DNA of 63,697 nt, filler included, from Folioceros fuciformis (Eukaryota): the NCBI GenBank assembly GCA_049999805.1. It is 4 parts of 3 records of this genome, joined end to end, with 100 filler letters (N's around TTAATTAATTAA, not from the genome) between each part and the next. Parts side by side here need not be neighbours in the genome. Positions count along the whole stretch, not along the records: positions 62,496 to 63,697 come from JBNGIO010005498.1; 3 more parts are not named here. One strand, written 5' to 3'. The position numbers and the translations under genes were made by a program. The notes beneath the pieces were generated by a model that worked only from the letters and a program-made list of their open reading frames with translations, was not told the origin of the DNA and did not search any database. The stretch's first letter is position 1; each line of letters begins with the position of its first letter. Positions 62,496 through 63,697 of the stretch are shown one piece after another.

Positions 62496-63697
62496 CGCAG
62501 GTGGGCCGAAAACCTGGCAGATTTTGACCTCGGGATCAAGTATGTCACTAGGACTTCTAACGTGGTTGCAGATGCCTTGAGCAGGAGAGCCTGCACACTC
62601 ATGACCACACAATCCCAAACGGTGCAGTTAGTTCGGGATGGATTGCGTCAAGACCTAGAGTTGTGGCAGCTGTATCAAAATCTCTTAGCAGATGCAGCAA
62701 CAAGTATTCCCATAGCACTTACCCAACTCTATTCCCTCAAGGATGCCTGTGTTTACCGTAAGGGCCGGTTGGTCATCCCCTCCTAGCTCACTGCTGTCAA
62801 ACAGGCCATCCTCCATTATCTGCATGATTCCCCAATCTCGGGGCACTTGGGTATTGACAAAACCTATGCCAAGGTTTGGGAACATTTCCACTAGGAAGGC
62901 ATGCGCTCTGATTGCATAGAGTAGGTGCGCTCCTGTTAATTCTACCAACAAGCCAAACCTAGCCATCAGAAATACCCAGGTCTACTCCAACCCCTCCAAA
63001 TCCCCAGTGGCCGTTTCCGGTCAACAGCCATGGACTTCATTACACACCTATCTCGTACCCGCTCTGGTAAGGACAGCATCTGGGTGGTGACAAATAGGTT
63101 TTCCAAGGTCTGCCACTTCATTCCAGTCACCTCGACCATCACTGCCCCCAAACTGGCCACCCTTTTTGTCCGTGAAATCTTCCGATTACACGAAACACCA
63201 GAGGACATTGTGTCGGACAAGGACGCGAAATTCACCTTTGGGTTTTGGCGGAACTTCATGGACACACTAGGCCTCAAACAGAACATGTCTTTAGCCTATC
63301 ACCCAGAGACGGACGGCCAGACAGAGAAGCAGAATCAGGTGTTAGAAGACATGCTTCGTCACACACAAGAAGCAGACGAAGTGGGAGGAACTCCTTCCCT
63401 TATTGGAGTATGCATACAATTCCTTGAAGCACGCAGCCACAGGGGTTACTCCCTTCAAACTCTTGTATGGTGAGACACCCCCACCTTCAGGCTTATGGCC
63501 CAACAGTCAAGACAAGTGGTGAAGTGCTGTTGAAATCGCCGAGGACATCTGGCACGAGGCCAAGATGGCTTAGCAAAACTCCAAGCAGCACTCAAGGGAG
63601 TTACTCCTTGAAGGGACTACACAACAGTAACCTAGGACTTGGGCAGCGCAGAAAGGAGTAGGGCTGCAGAAAGATCTTTGGTAAGGGCGAATCCAGT
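62496..63697 (+). mobile_element. Decayed Ty3/gypsy pol fragment (RNase H end, integrase Zn finger and core)
   Basis: RWAE.LADFD..NVVADALSR, HDSPISGHLGIDKT, MDFIT.L..DSIWVV..FSK..HFIP, IVSD.D.KFT..FW, YHPETDGQTE. Stops present. Confidence 0.92.

Overview
Eukaryotic nuclear DNA from a seed-free land plant. Compact genes with ~80-150 bp introns and a DYW:KP-type PPR gene suggest a hornwort, or a fern/lycophyte; this is inference. The window is four separate assembly pieces joined by artificial N-TTAATTAATTAA-N linkers (5879-5978, 35643-35742, 62396-62495), so synteny across these points means nothing. The piece ends are rich in decayed transposable elements: a minus-strand Ty1/copia interrupted by a second copia with LTR and PBS, MULE and Harbinger remnants, a full-length pogo-like element with TIRs and TA duplication, and a Ty3/gypsy pol fragment. 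The middle is gene-dense: BTB pseudogene, two tandem 2OG-Fe(II) dioxygenases, ARM-repeat protein, DUF538, DOG1-like, GT47/exostosin, GPAT, an intronless TFIIB paralog, GH31 alpha-glucosidase/xylosidase, a PLS-PPR with a DYW:KP domain (candidate U-to-C organellar RNA editing factor), an ABRE-driven LEA, a secreted Gly/His/Tyr-rich protein and an alpha/beta-hydrolase-like protein. The most notable items are the DYW:KP PPR and the TFIIB retrocopy carrying a Q/A/H/V-repeat insertion. I found no clearly new multi-gene system, and all family assignments come from motif recognition without database searches.
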